From: a virus
Taxonomy: Duplodnaviria; Caudoviricetes
Reading direction: 5' to 3' (one strand)
Length of the DNA stretch: 62,573 bases
IMG/VR virus record: IMGVR_UViG_3300049139_000046
Coordinates: 1-62,573 of that record
Numbering within the stretch: the stretch's first letter is position 1; each line of letters begins with the position of its first letter. Below the pieces are notes generated by a model. That model had not been told where the DNA came from. It worked only from the letters and a program-made list of their open reading frames with translations, and searched no databases. The translations under genes and the position numbers were made by a program. Positions 28,087 to 39,193 of the stretch are shown piece by piece.

Positions 28087-28475
28087 CTCGGCATCCTGCG
28101 GGCTTGCACGAACTGGCGCAGCTCGGCCAGGGCGGCTTTTACCGTCGGGCTGTCCGGATCGGCTATCTTCTCGTCATGCCCCAGCAGCGGCGGCATACCG
28201 CTGACTCGAGCCGCTTCAGCCTGCTCGCGCACCAACGTCACGAACTCGGGCAGCGTCGGCGGCCATGCGCTGGGCATCTCGGGCAAGTCCTGCAAGGCCG
28301 CGGCAATGCAGGCCGGCGGGTACTTCGCCAGCGCCTGCCCCCATGCAGCCTTCACTTGGCCCATGTCCGCATCGAGCCACATGGCGCCGACTTTCTGGCT
28401 GCCGTAGATCGCCGTCAGCCGATCAAAAAGTCGGGCCAGCCAAGCGTCGGGGAGGGATTTCTCGGACTGTGACAT
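28083..28475 (-). CDS. Putative helicase-loader-like replication protein (lambda P position)
   Basis: RLFDRLTAIYG...WPPTLPEF; follows the initiator. Confidence 0.65.
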   Translation of the reverse strand: MSQSEKSLPDAWLARLFDRLTAIYGSQKVGAMWLDADMGQVKAAWGQALAKYPPACIAAALQDLPEMPSAWPPTLPEFVTLVREQAEAARVSGMPPLLGHDEKIADPDSPTVKAALAELRQFVQARRMPS

Positions 28476-29289
28476 CGATGGGTTCCTGCTGGCGGGTTCT
28501 GCCGGTGAGGCCGGCAATAGTGGCGCTGTACTTGCCCTGGGTCGGCTGCTGCGGCGGGCCGCGGGGCTGGCCCCTGCTGGCGTAGGCGTCCGCGTTCCGC
28601 AGCCACGTTCGCCAGGCAGCAGGCCAATCGGCCATCGCGTTCCCCTTGCTGCGGTGGTAGTCCGCGAACTTCTCGAACTCGCATGCAGCGTCCCTCTGTG
28701 CATGCTTATCCTGGCAGTACCGCTCCCACTCCACCGGCAGCACGTCGATAGCCAGGCGTTTGCGTCGGGACGGCTTGCCCGTCCCAGCGCTTCTCAAGCA
28801 ATCAGCATTCAGAGAATCAACATTCAGACAATCAGAAGAACAGGGCAAAGTGCTTCCAACCTTGGTATGAAGTGCTTCTGACCAAGGCGGTTCTTCATCT
28901 TCCATCCCGAGACAATCGCCATCTACAGGACTATTCCGGCGTGCCTCTACAGGCCTCTGCCCCTCTACAGGTGGCAGATCGCTCGGTGTTTCGTTCGGGT
29001 GTGGACGCTGATGCTCGATAAACGTCAGGATCTGAATGCAGGCCTTGTCCTGCGCGGTGTACCGGAGAATGAATTTCGCTTCTGCAAGCTGGTTGAGCAG
29101 CGCGTCAACATCGGCGTCACGGTCGTACGGCAGCGCCATCGCTGCTATCCGCTTCGGCCGGTCCTCGAGCCGCCCTTCCCTGTCGGCCAGCATCCACAGG
29201 TAGATGAACAGCAGCCGGGCCAGAGGATCTAGTTCAGCCAGATCCTCGTTGTCCATGATGGACGGCTTGATGTTCCGGGCGCGGGACAA
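28423..29289 (-). CDS. Replication initiator (O-like) with DnaT-like C-terminus
   Basis: RARNIKP...LARLLFIYLWMLADREGRLEDRPKRI; DWPAAWRTW. Confidence 0.8.
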   Translation of the reverse strand: MSRARNIKPSIMDNEDLAELDPLARLLFIYLWMLADREGRLEDRPKRIAAMALPYDRDADVDALLNQLAEAKFILRYTAQDKACIQILTFIEHQRPHPNETPSDLPPVEGQRPVEARRNSPVDGDCLGMEDEEPPWSEALHTKVGSTLPCSSDCLNVDSLNADCLRSAGTGKPSRRKRLAIDVLPVEWERYCQDKHAQRDAACEFEKFADYHRSKGNAMADWPAAWRTWLRNADAYASRGQPRGPPQQPTQGKYSATIAGLTGRTRQQEPIDVTVREIPPRRLAGPTF

Positions 29290-29292
29290 TGG

Positions 29293-29820
29293 TCAACCCG
29301 GTGAGACTTGGTCGGGGCGGAGCTTAACCTGTGCGCCATTCGTGCCTAATGCTCCTAGTGGACGGGTAGCAGCATCCAGTGCGCTCCACTTCAGGTTATG
29401 AAGCCTGCAGTGAAAAGCAGATGCCGGGATACCATTGGCGGCAGCAACATCAACAGCGAACCGACCGTCTGGTAGACGCAGTTTCGTGCGAAGCAACATT
29501 TCGCGGACGTTCTCGCTTTTCGTTATCCAGCGGCAATTCGATGGTTCGTAATTGCCCTTGTCGGCGATCCGCGACAAGACCAGCCCCTTCTCATGTGGCC
29601 TACCGGGCGGCTGGTTAGCGAGAAATCCGGCGAATGTCGCCCATTCCGGGCAATGCGTCACGCCGACGTAGGTTGTCCAACGTTTCGCCTGTGCCACTGG
29701 ATCGCACCTATTCTTCATCGCGACCCAGGAGTAGTACATGGTCGTGCCGGCCATTCCATGAATCCTGGCGGTCACGACTTCTTCATCCGTGCGAGGGAGT
29801 AACTTCCATACCCGTCGCAC
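29293..29820 (-). CDS. HNH-type homing endonuclease
   Basis: HGM...YYSWVAMKNRC...LSRIADKGNYEPSNCRW. Confidence 0.8.
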   Translation of the reverse strand: MRRVWKLLPRTDEEVVTARIHGMAGTTMYYSWVAMKNRCDPVAQAKRWTTYVGVTHCPEWATFAGFLANQPPGRPHEKGLVLSRIADKGNYEPSNCRWITKSENVREMLLRTKLRLPDGRFAVDVAAANGIPASAFHCRLHNLKWSALDAATRPLGALGTNGAQVKLRPDQVSPG

Positions 29821-29984
29821 ATCTGGGTATGGATCTGGTGGCCTTCTTCGCGCAGCTCATGAATCCGAGCGGCCAGGCGCAGGATGCCGTAGATGTTCAG
29901 GGCGTCGATGGGGTTGAGCTTGCGGCCCCGCTTCAGGTGGTTGTAGACCATCTGGCGTTGGGCTACTGGTTGGCTGCGGTTCAT
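29772..29984 (-). CDS. Winged-helix protein
   Basis: DALNIYGILRLAARIHELREEGHQI. Confidence 0.8.
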   Translation of the reverse strand: MNRSQPVAQRQMVYNHLKRGRKLNPIDALNIYGILRLAARIHELREEGHQIHTQMCDGYGSYSLARMKKS

Positions 29985-30397
29985 GCAACCGACTCGCGGG
30001 CAGCGAAGTCTTCCGGCTGTGGGCAGAAGTCGCTGTCCAGCATCAGCGTGCCGCCGCCGACCTTCGCCCACTTCTGCGTCGGTACATCCAGTCGGTGCAC
30101 CGTGTAGGAAATGGTTACGTCCGTTGCACCCGCCGCTATTGCCTGACGTGCCCGCTGGCGTGCAAACATGGGCTGGTCAGTCGGTGAGCCGAGTTGCATT
30201 GCCTGGACAGGGCTTTCATCGGCGGCCTTCCGGATAGCGTCGGGATGATGTGCACGGCGTAACTGCCCGTCGTCATCACGGCCAGGGTTGTTGACCCCGC
30301 GCTTCTCAAGATCGGCGATGACCTTGGCTCGCCAGGCGGCCGGGTGCTTGCCACGGATGGTGTACGCGATGCGGATATCGGAATCGGGGGTGATCAT
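29981..30397 (-). CDS. Hypothetical protein
   Basis: 138 aa with GGAG RBS. Confidence 0.6.
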   Translation of the reverse strand: MITPDSDIRIAYTIRGKHPAAWRAKVIADLEKRGVNNPGRDDDGQLRRAHHPDAIRKAADESPVQAMQLGSPTDQPMFARQRARQAIAAGATDVTISYTVHRLDVPTQKWAKVGGGTLMLDSDFCPQPEDFAARESVA

Positions 30398-30407
30398 CGG
30401 TGTCTCC

Positions 30408-30791
30408 CTATGCCACGCCGCGAATCCGGCGCAGGCTATTCAGTTCCTGCATGGCCCGCTGCATCGTGTGTGCAGCGTTGTCGATAACTTCCACGATGCG
30501 CTGCTCCTGATCGGCGGGTGACTTTCGATCAGGCCGGGCGTGCAGGGTGTCGTCGCAGGCGTACATCAGCGGGTCGTACTGTCCGCAAAAGGCCATCAGG
30601 GCGAGCACCTGACCGAACCTGAAATCCTCGTCGCCTTTCCTGTCGATGCAGTTCTGGAACTTGGCGATGGCACTGGCTGACTTCATGTCGGGCCAGAGAA
30701 AGTGGGCGCATTCCTTATGCGTCTTGCCGCTCTTGCCGATCATCTCGGCGTAAGCGTCGTACTCGTCCTCGTAGAACAGCCGGCCGCTCAT
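30408..30791 (-). CDS. CII-like regulator
   Basis: Position after cro; LFYEDEYDA...HFLWPD. Confidence 0.6.
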   Translation of the reverse strand: MSGRLFYEDEYDAYAEMIGKSGKTHKECAHFLWPDMKSASAIAKFQNCIDRKGDEDFRFGQVLALMAFCGQYDPLMYACDDTLHARPDRKSPADQEQRIVEVIDNAAHTMQRAMQELNSLRRIRGVA

Positions 30792-30889
30792 TTCCCTAGG
30801 CTCCCCTAGAAGGAATTGCAAAATAGGGTTTGCAAGGGCTTACTTTCGAGGCACAAAAAAAGAGACTGCGGGGTATGGACAAGTCCACG

Positions 30890-31096
30890 TCACGCAGCCT
30901 CGGGTTGCTTCTGCAGTTCGGCCTCGCGGCGCTTGGCGAACTCCACCAGCGCCAGCACGTCGTTGGAGCTGCCGAGCGTCTTGGCGTGCGCCCAGCGCGA
31001 GATACGGGACTGCGGGATACCGGTACGTCTGGCTATCTCGGTTTGCGTCAGGCCGGTCTTCAGCAGGCCGTTGACGATTTCGGTGATCTGGCTCAT
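30890..31096 (-). CDS. cro: Cro-like repressor, probably leaderless
   Basis: LTQTEIARRTGIPQSRISRW; divergent from cI. Confidence 0.8.
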   Translation of the reverse strand: MSQITEIVNGLLKTGLTQTEIARRTGIPQSRISRWAHAKTLGSSNDVLALVEFAKRREAELQKQPEAA

Positions 31097-31101
31097 GGCC
31101 C

Positions 31102-31159
31102 ATTATGCGATCGGACATAGGCGGAAGTCAATGCCCAATCGCATTATGCGTGCGTGCAT
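31102..31159. promoter_or_regulatory. OR/PR region: three operators and the cro promoter
   Basis: ATGC-N6-(G/A)CAT at 31105, 31131 and 31146; minus-strand TTGACT-N18-CATAAT. Confidence 0.8.
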
Positions 31160-31169
31160 GATATTTGCC

Positions 31170-31676
31170 ATGAAAGGCAAGGATTTGATGGCTGCCCTCA
31201 TTGCAGGCAGGCCACTCAACGCGGTTGCGCGAGAAGCTCGGGGCAGCCAGCCGCAGCTTTACAAGTACGTCAACGGGATTTCAAAGGAGCCGAAGCGGGA
31301 TACGCTCGCGCCCTTTGCTCGATATCTCAAAGTCCCGCTGGATGCGTTCTACAACCCCGAGCTGGCGCAGCAGATCGCAGCCGAGCGCGGGCTTAAGATA
31401 CCTGAACCGACAACGCCGGAAGCCCCTCCGCGGCCGTCCAGGCGTGGTGCTGAAGTTCACGCCCTAAATGGAAGCCACCTCAAGCGCGAGGCGCTTAAAG
31501 TCGCGGAGGCGTTATCTCAACTGCCAGATGAAGCGACGTACCGCTCCATGTGCGCGATGGTCCTGGCGTCGGTCCGGGTGCTGATGCGCGACGGCCCGAT
31601 CACGCCTGCTAAGGACGCCCCGTCAAAGGAGTCCCGCGCCCCAGCGGGGAAGGCGCGAAGAAAGCGGTCGTCATAG
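31170..31676 (+). CDS. cI: CI-like XRE repressor without a visible S24 peptidase domain
   Basis: LNAVAREARGSQPQLYKYVNG...EPKRDTL HTH; flanked by matching operators. Confidence 0.75.
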   Translation: MKGKDLMAALIAGRPLNAVAREARGSQPQLYKYVNGISKEPKRDTLAPFARYLKVPLDAFYNPELAQQIAAERGLKIPEPTTPEAPPRPSRRGAEVHALNGSHLKREALKVAEALSQLPDEATYRSMCAMVLASVRVLMRDGPITPAKDAPSKESRAPAGKARRKRSS

Positions 31677-31800
31677 CCATGCCTCTTTTAGGTTATCGGA
31701 AAGCGCACCGCTCGCGCCATAAGGAATTTTCCATCCACCCCAATGGTCGGATAGCACGTAAGCACGACACCGACTAGCATTTGGGACAACACTTTTTAAC

Positions 31801-31824
31801 GCCGCTACCTGCGGCTTTTTTTTT
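31801..31824 (+). terminator. Intrinsic terminator after cI
   Basis: GCCGC-TACCT-GCGGC then T9. Confidence 0.8.
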
Positions 31825-31841
31825 GCCTGTCCGCTTTTGCT

Positions 31842-31883
31842 ATGCGATTCGGCATTGACAGTTTATATGCGTGATCGCATAAT
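31842..31883 (+). promoter_or_regulatory. OL/PL: sigma70 promoter with two operators
   Basis: TTGACA-N17-CATAAT; ATGC-N6-GCAT at 31842 and 31867. Confidence 0.9.
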
Positions 31884-31920
31884 GCTCTTCATCGGGAAGC
31901 TAAACGCAAAGGGGACGCCG

Positions 31921-32361
31921 GTGAAAGGCAACCGCTCTAACTTCAGACACGGGCTGCGCGGGTCGCGGGTCTGGTGCGCATGGATGTCCATGAAGACGCG
32001 CTGCATGAACCTGCGCCATCCAAGCTATAGGAACTACGGCCAGCGCGGCATTACCGTCTGCGAAAGGTGGCTCGCCTTCGACAACTTCTTCGCAGACATG
32101 GGGCATCCGCCCCCGGGTCACACCCTGGATCGCATCGACAACAACGGCCCCTATGAGCCAGGGAACTGCCGTTGGGCATCTAAGAAGGAACAAGCGAACA
32201 ACACGCGGGTTAACCGCATGGTGACACTGAACGGCGAGGTCATGACGGCTATGCAGTACGCCGAGCGGACGGGCATCAAATACTGCACCGTGATGTACCG
32301 CCTAGTCAGAGCGGCGCTCGAGCCAGCACCGCGTCGCGGCGACAAGGACGCGCAGTCATGA
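31921..32361 (+). CDS. HNH-type homing endonuclease
   Basis: WMSMKTRC...YGQRGITVCERW...TLDRIDNNGPYEPGNCRWA. Confidence 0.85.
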   Translation: MKGNRSNFRHGLRGSRVWCAWMSMKTRCMNLRHPSYRNYGQRGITVCERWLAFDNFFADMGHPPPGHTLDRIDNNGPYEPGNCRWASKKEQANNTRVNRMVTLNGEVMTAMQYAERTGIKYCTVMYRLVRAALEPAPRRGDKDAQS

Positions 32362-34972
32362 GCCCCAAGTCAGCGGCAACACCGGGGCCGTGGGATTACG
32401 TAGCGAAGCTCTCGGGCAGCGAGAACCACAGGGGCTACTTAATCCGGGCCGAAACGGACGCTCACCGCAGCACGTTTTGGGCACTGGCTGAAGTTCAGCC
32501 CGGAGATGAAGACGGCAAGCTTGGAGCTGCGAATGCCCGCCTGATCGCTGCCGCTCCTGCTCTGCTGGAGGCGCTGCAAGCCCTGTTGCCGTTGGTGGTG
32601 GATCTTGATGACGAAGGGCCGTGTGGCGAGGGCTGGCAATCTGATGCTCTAGACAGCGCCATCGTCAGATCCCGCGCCGCCATTGCAGCCGCCGAGGGCC
32701 GGTCATGAACGCCCCCATCTACGTCCGCCCTGATCTGCGCTGGCGTCGCCGGTTAGCGGTCAACGACTGGCTGTTGCGCCACGGGCCTTTCATCGCGGCG
32801 TTGTGCGTGTTCGGGCTGCTGGTGCTGGCGTGGTGGAGCCTGCCCGTGCTTGGGAATGCAATCGTCGCGGCAATGGCGCCATGAGGATTCCAACCGTCAC
32901 CACTGCTGACCGGCCTGTGCGTGTGCTGCCAGGGTTCCCCGTCACGCCGATCCACTGGCGCTTCATCGACGACGACGGCAACACCGTGGATGTTCATCTG
33001 CCGTTCACCGTCGAGTCGCTTTACACGACCGTCTGCGTTTACGTTGCGGAGGCTGCATGAACCCAACCGATAGCGGCGGCACCGGCTGGAAAGCATTCGA
33101 CCAGCAAGAGATACCGCGCCTGGAACTCGGCGTGGATCTGCTCTCTCAGTGGATAGCGGTCGAGCCGAATGAGCACAAACGAGCAGCCCTGAATGCAGCC
33201 CTTCGGGCGGTGGACGTGCAGCTTCTCATCTATCGCGACAGGTGCCAGCACCGGCCGGAACTGCTGGTGGACCTGCGCGAGAACGAGAGCCTGCGGTGCA
33301 GGAACTGCCGAGAGGAGTTATCAGCGGAGGCTGTAGACGATGCCGCCTTCGCCTTGTGGTGTAACCGCATGTCAGAGGAGCAGCCATGAATCTGCACTAC
33401 GCCAACGACGATGAACCCGAAGCCGAGGACGTAGAGCTGCCGCCGCTGCCGAAGGCCGTACAAGAACTTTGCGATGCGGCCGAAGCACATGCAGTCAAGG
33501 GCGAATACATGTCGCCGGAGTTTGCACGCCTGATTCGTGCGATCAAGGCTGTACGTACCGCCCCCGCAGGGTATAGCCCGCCAGTATCCCCTATAGGTGC
33601 TCAGGGAGCGGAGGCGGACGAACTGTTCAAGCAACCAGGATGGGACCACGTCTTCGCAGCTTTCGTCGAAGGCGCTCGTGAGGCGCGTGTTAACCCGGAA
33701 GCAGACGACCACATCTTCCAGCGTGCCGCTGATGGCTATACGAAGCGCGTTTTCGCGCAGGTTGATCCTGAAACCGACAGGCGGATTCAAGAGAACGACT
33801 GGCCCGCCGCCCCCGCTCCAGAGGGAACGCAGGATGCGGATGCCTGCACCCTCGTTCTGAAGCCGGCAGGGCAATTTGACCTTTGGCGGGACGACGAGGG
33901 CCGGTTTTTCCATGTGATTAGAGTCGGCGCTGCGCTCTCCGCGGCAATGTCTCCACCGGCAGCGCAGAAATGAAGTCTCTGCTGGACTGCTGGCCCGGCT
34001 TGGATCACCTCTACGAGGAAGCCATGCGAGATAACGACGCCGACCTCTGGGCGGACCCTGCCCCCCGTCCGTTTCACCGCTGCCCGTCGTTCCTTCAAGA
34101 TGCGTGCCGTAAGTGCAGTTACCTGCCTGATGACGATGAGCCGGAGGAGGCTGAAGATGAGTGATCGACTTCGCAAGGCAGCACAGACCTACTTCGACCG
34201 CTACTGCCAGGACGAGGCCGATAGCGCCGAGTACACCGGATGCAGCGAGCAACAGCATCTGGACGCCGTTGAGCTTCAGCAGGCTCTAGCAGCACCACCA
34301 GCAGATCAGGGGGAGTGGCTGAAGCGTGCGGAATGGCTGATGGATCAGTACGCAAGCCGAGCGGCTATCGCCACCGTTGCTGCTATGGAAGGCCGTAGCA
34401 ACGATTCCTGGCGCGACGGACATGAACGCTCCGAACTGCTTACCCACCTTGCAAGCCGCCCAGCGGGAGGGGAGCCGGTATGTCCGGTTGCACCTTTCGC
34501 TGAAGGCGGTCTTGGGCACGCGCTACACAAGATTGCTAGTGCCTACCTCGACGATTACGAGTACGACGATGGCGACAGCGCGACGTTCCCGCCGAATGAG
34601 TACGAGCAGGCGATGCTCACGGACTTCCTTGAAGGCGTGTTCGCGGAGCCCGAGTTCAGTTCGCTGATTGGCAAGGCAAACGAGTGCGTATATCAGGCAG
34701 GCCGATTGGTAGCTGCCCATCCCCCAGCAGTAGCGGGAGAGCCGGGGCAGGATCTGCGGGCAGAGAACGAGCGGCTGCGGGCTGCGTTGCAAACGAGCAT
34801 GACGGCCATCGATGACTGGCTGAACCTGTTCGCGTCCGATCACTGCGACGAGCGGCGGGTAAAGGAAGCGCAGGAACGTGTGCATGCGAACGGGACGATC
34901 TACTACATCGCTACCGTTCAGGCCGCCAACCGAGCCGCCCTCGCGGCATCTCCCGTAGAGCAGCAGCCATGA
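32358..34972 (+). other. Early-left hypothetical ORFs (32358-32708, 32881-33060, 33057-33389, 33386-33973, 33970-34164, 34157-34972)
   Basis: Coupled ORFs with RBSs; first has TPGPW...ANARLIAAAP. Confidence 0.65.
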
Positions 34973-35093
34973 ACGACGACGAAGCGAATCAATCGCACTA
35001 CGACAGAAAGCTGCTCAGGGCATACGAGCAGCTCCCGAGCCGGCTGGAGTTCGCCGTCTGGGTCGCGCTGGTCTTTCTCTTGGCGTGGTGGGA

Positions 35094-35357
35094 ATGAGAA
35101 GTAAGAACGCCAAGTCACTGACCAACGCCGAGCAGGAGCACATCGCTCGGGTGAAGGCGCTGGACTGCTCCGTCTGCGGCGCTCCCGGGCCATCTGACGC
35201 ACACCACATCAAGCAGGGACGGCACTTCATCGTCGTGGCCTTGTGCAAGGAATGCCATCAAGGAAGCTCCGGCTGGCACGGCACCAAGGCGATGTGGCGC
35301 ATCGTCAAGATGGACGAGATGGACGCCCTGAACGAGACGATAAGGCGGCTTGCGTGA
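35094..35357 (+). CDS. Ref/DUF968-like Zn nuclease
   Basis: CSVC...AHHI...LCKECHQG...HG. Confidence 0.65.
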   Translation: MRSKNAKSLTNAEQEHIARVKALDCSVCGAPGPSDAHHIKQGRHFIVVALCKECHQGSSGWHGTKAMWRIVKMDEMDALNETIRRLA

Positions 35358-35743
35358 GTAAGCAAGTCTTCGCCCTCGTTCACACAGAAGCCCGGCGGCG
35401 TGCCTTACATGCGGTGGCGGCTGCACCGGATGGTTACATCGTCCGCGTCTCTGAACCCACCCGCAGCCTGGAGCAAAACGCGCTCCTGTGGAGCCGTCTG
35501 AACGACATAGCCGAACAGGTGGAGTGGCATGGTCGGATGCTGGACGCGGAGTCGTGGAAGCACATCTTCAGCGCCAGCCTGAAGAAGCAAGACGCAGTTC
35601 AAGGACTCGACGGCGGGTTTGTCGTTCTTGGGATCTCAACGAGTCGGATGAACAAGCGTGAACTGTCGGACCTGATCGAGTTGATCCATGCGTTCGGCGC
35701 AGAGCGAGACGTCCAATGGACATTAGACGAAGTGACTACGTGA
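35354..35743 (+). CDS. ninB: NinB/Orf recombination protein
   Basis: RSLEQNALLW...WKHIF...STSRMNKRELSDLIELIHAFGAE. Confidence 0.9.
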   Translation: MSKQVFALVHTEARRRALHAVAAAPDGYIVRVSEPTRSLEQNALLWSRLNDIAEQVEWHGRMLDAESWKHIFSASLKKQDAVQGLDGGFVVLGISTSRMNKRELSDLIELIHAFGAERDVQWTLDEVTT

Positions 35744-35776
35744 CCTTTGAGCAATGGCTAACAGGAGCAAGAGACC

Positions 35777-36427
35777 ATGAGCATCGCAACATTGATTTTG
35801 GGCAACTCCGGCAGTGGCAAGACAACGAGTCTGCGCAATCTGGACCCGGCTTCAACGCTGCTGATCCAGCCAATCCGCAAACCCCTCCCCTTCCGGGCGC
35901 CAGAGTGGAAGGTGAGGACACCAGCGAATCCGGCCGGGAACATCTTTCAAACCGACGACTCAATAAAGATCGAGACGGCCATGAGAAAGTCGACTCATGA
36001 GATCGTCGTCATCGACGACTACCAGGCAGTCATGGTCAACGAACTGATGTCCCGCAGCAGCGAGACCGGCTACCAAAAGTTCAATGACATCGGCAAGCAC
36101 GCCTGGAACATCTTCAATGCCGCCGGTTCTCTGGCCGAAAACCGCCGTGTCTACATCCTCGCTCATACACAGACCGACGACTTCGGAAACATCCGCATGA
36201 AGACCGTCGGAAAGATGGTCGATGAACGGATCGTCCCAGAAGGCTACTTCACTATCGTTCTGCGGACTGAAGTCGTCAACGACAAGTACATGTTCTCCAC
36301 GCAAACCAACGGGCAGGATTGCGTTAAATCTCCGATGGGCATGTTCTCCGAGAAGTACATCGACAACGACCTCGCCGAAGTGGACAAGGCGATATTCAGT
36401 TTCTACTCGCTGCAACAAGCAGCTTAA
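35777..36427 (+). CDS. AAA_24 / Sak4-like ATPase
   Basis: GNSGSGKT, VVIDD, ILAH; adjacent to an SSB-like gene. Confidence 0.8.
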   Translation: MSIATLILGNSGSGKTTSLRNLDPASTLLIQPIRKPLPFRAPEWKVRTPANPAGNIFQTDDSIKIETAMRKSTHEIVVIDDYQAVMVNELMSRSSETGYQKFNDIGKHAWNIFNAAGSLAENRRVYILAHTQTDDFGNIRMKTVGKMVDERIVPEGYFTIVLRTEVVNDKYMFSTQTNGQDCVKSPMGMFSEKYIDNDLAEVDKAIFSFYSLQQAA

Positions 36428-36444
36428 CCCTGGAGCATTGAGCA

Positions 36445-37056
36445 ATGAGATCCTACGACCTGGACCCTAACGCCGCCGCCAAGGCTGGCGTTTCCAACTA
36501 CATCACCGAGACAGGCAAGTACAAAGGAAAGTTTACGGTAGCTGAGTCCATCGTCTCTCAACAGAACACGGAAGGTGTGGAATTCGCCTTTCAGACCAAC
36601 GACGGAATGACGGCAAACTTCCTGCAAATCTGGACGTACAACAAGGACGGCAAGCAGCTCTCTGGCTTTAACGTCTTGTCAGCCATCATGACGTGCCTGA
36701 AGATCAAGAACATCGCACCGATCAGCATGCAAGTGACTGACTTCCGCGGCGCCGCCAAGACCATCCAAGGATTCCCAGAGTTGTGCAACAAGCCAATCGG
36801 CTTGCTCCTTCAGAAGGAGGAGTACCAGAAGAACGACGGCGGGATCGGTTTCAAGTTCAACATTGTCGCGCCGTTTGAACCGAACCTCGAACTGACGGCC
36901 GGAGAGATCCTGAAGTCCAAGACCAGCGCCGAGCAGTTGCCCAAGATGATTGCTACCTTGAAGGACAGGCCGATGCAGAAGCGGGCTGTTACTGTTGCCG
37001 GCGGAACGGGTGGCGATGCAGGCAACTGGACCGACGACCCAGACATCCCTTTTTGA
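36445..37056 (+). CDS. Putative single-stranded DNA-binding protein (DUF669-like)
   Basis: Acidic C-terminal tail DDPDIPF; follows the Sak4-like gene. Confidence 0.7.
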   Translation: MRSYDLDPNAAAKAGVSNYITETGKYKGKFTVAESIVSQQNTEGVEFAFQTNDGMTANFLQIWTYNKDGKQLSGFNVLSAIMTCLKIKNIAPISMQVTDFRGAAKTIQGFPELCNKPIGLLLQKEEYQKNDGGIGFKFNIVAPFEPNLELTAGEILKSKTSAEQLPKMIATLKDRPMQKRAVTVAGGTGGDAGNWTDDPDIPF

Positions 37057-37058
37057 TC

Positions 37059-37694
37059 ATGAAAAAGATCGTCATACCACTTGGTACCCGCTATGGACGA
37101 TTAACCGTGATCGGTCTTCGCTCATGCGCGGACATCACGGAGCGAACTTACTTGTGCGTTTGTGACTGTGGCAATGAAGCTGTCGTCCGCAGCAGCAGCT
37201 TACGCAAAGGGGGAACGCGGTCCTGTGGATGCTTGCGTCGTTCTCGCGCCTCCGACCTGAAGTCTCGGTTCATGTCGATGGTAGACCAGCGATCAGATGA
37301 CGATTGCTGGATGTGGAAAGGTCATGTCTTGGCAAGAGGACATGGACGGATCAGAGTCGGAACGACGATGGCTGTTGCTTCTCGGGTGGCCTATGAATTG
37401 TTTGTCGGTCCAATCCCAAAGGGCTTGCTTGTCTGTCATAGATGTGACGTACGGGCGTGCGTAAATCCGCGCCACCTGTTCCTTGGAACCTACCAAGACA
37501 ACTCGGATGACATGCTTAAGAAAGGTCGTGGACGCTGGGCCAAAGGCGAGGAATCGCCAGCCTCAAAATTGACCACAGAGCAGGTTGAGTACATCCGGTC
37601 GTCGCCGAAGTCCTTGCGAGAATTAGCGTCTGAACTACGGATGACGTACGGCAATATCGGAAAGATCAGGAGAGGTGAACTATGGGCGATCTAA
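37059..37694 (+). CDS. HNH homing endonuclease (HNH_3 type)
   Basis: CWMWKG...[20 protein letters not shown]...N; N-terminal CVCDCG...SCGC. Confidence 0.9.
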   Translation: MKKIVIPLGTRYGRLTVIGLRSCADITERTYLCVCDCGNEAVVRSSSLRKGGTRSCGCLRRSRASDLKSRFMSMVDQRSDDDCWMWKGHVLARGHGRIRVGTTMAVASRVAYELFVGPIPKGLLVCHRCDVRACVNPRHLFLGTYQDNSDDMLKKGRGRWAKGEESPASKLTTEQVEYIRSSPKSLRELASELRMTYGNIGKIRRGELWAI

Positions 37695-38185
37695 CGCTCT
37701 TTGAGATTGCTCGTGAATACAGAGAACTCGCAAACATTCTCATGGATTGCGACGTTGACGAACAAACGTTGCTCGATACGCTGGAGGGAGAGTCTGGCGC
37801 CCTAGTTGAGAAGGGCCAGAACGTGGCGTTCGTCTGCCGTAATCTGGAAGCGAATGCTACCGCCATCAAAGAAGCTGAATCGAAGATGGCTGAGCGCAGG
37901 ACCGCGCTTGAGAATCGAGCGAAACGGCTACGCAAGTATCTGCTGGACGGCATGAAGTTGGCCGGTATCAAGCGGATCGACTCGCCGTACTTCACGATCA
38001 AGATCGCCAAGAATCCTGTCAGCGTGGACATCTATGAGCCGGGACTGGTGCCGAAGGAGTACATGACCGATCCGCCGCCACCGCCTCCTGCCCCTGACAA
38101 GAAATTGATCGCGCAAGCTATCAAGGACGGTTTCGACGTTCCTGGCTGCACGCTCAAGCAGGGCGAACGGGTAGAGATCAAATGA
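37682..38185 (+). CDS. Siphovirus Gp157 family protein
   Basis: Coiled coil; [17 protein letters not shown]. Confidence 0.85.
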   Translation: MGDLTLFEIAREYRELANILMDCDVDEQTLLDTLEGESGALVEKGQNVAFVCRNLEANATAIKEAESKMAERRTALENRAKRLRKYLLDGMKLAGIKRIDSPYFTIKIAKNPVSVDIYEPGLVPKEYMTDPPPPPPAPDKKLIAQAIKDGFDVPGCTLKQGERVEIK

Positions 38186-38424
38186 CCAACCTATCCATCA
38201 TGACCTACTTCAGCGGTCAGAAGCCCGAGCCCGAACCTTGCCAGGTATCGGATCTGACGGCACGGCAGAAGGAAGTCCTGCATCTGGTTTCCAAGGGCAT
38301 GACCAACGTCGAGATCGGGGAAGAACTTGGCATCAGCCCAGTCGCTGTCAAGCATGCCAAAGCAAGGTGTCTGGATCGGCTGGGTGAGGCGCAGTACCGG
38401 CATGAGGTGTACAGACGTGGTTGA
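38182..38424 (+). CDS. LuxR-type HTH protein
   Basis: LTARQKEVLHLVSKGMTNVEIGEELGIS. Confidence 0.85.
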   Translation: MTNLSIMTYFSGQKPEPEPCQVSDLTARQKEVLHLVSKGMTNVEIGEELGISPVAVKHAKARCLDRLGEAQYRHEVYRRG

Positions 38425-39193
38425 CAAAGACTTAGAGATCGAGCGCCTGCTGAACGAGAACGTGCGCCTCATGCAGCACATCAGCGACCTCGAGGCAGCC
38501 ATCGCGCTAGTGCGAATCCATTGGGAAACGGACAAGCGGCAACTGGCAAAGTATCGGCAGGCATTCGACGAGAGGGGGAGGTTACAGTGAACATGCCGCT
38601 CGCAATGGCCTTTATCTTCTGGGAGGCGATGACCATCGGCGGGTCGGTCTACCTGTACTTCTTCCAAGGCGCTAGCGGCTGGTGGGTTGCCCTTGGGATA
38701 ACTCTCGGTTTCTCGTTCAGTGCTATGGAGAAGTCGAAATGACCGACGACAAGATCTTGGCGAACTTGGTCATCGAAGAATTGGAGAGGGATGGTTTCAC
38801 CGAGACAGCAGCCGCTTTGCGCCGATTGGTGACAGGTGCGGAGCGGTATCAATGGCTACGCCAACCATCTACTGACCCGCTAAGTCCAGATTGCTGGTGG
38901 GACGAGCACAGAATTGTCGGACTCTGGAACTACGACGAGATCGGGCATCTGATGGGCGAAGAACTGGACGCCGCTATCGATGCCGCGATGAAACAGTCAT
39001 GACCAAGCGCACCAAAGCGGCCCTGCACCATCAGGCGGTCGTGACGCCCATGCAGATCAAGCGCATGGCCCGCGGCGAGACAGAGTCCAAGCCTGGCGGC
39101 TACCCCTCCATTGGAGGTAACCGGAAGGCTCTGGATGCTATCCACCGGGTAGAGGACAGCAAGGACAAGAAGGCTATGCAGGAGTGGTGGTGA
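38417..39193 (+). other. Four small ORFs (38417-38590, 38587-38742 TM, 38739-39002, 38999-39193)
   Basis: Coupled ORFs. Confidence 0.55.
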
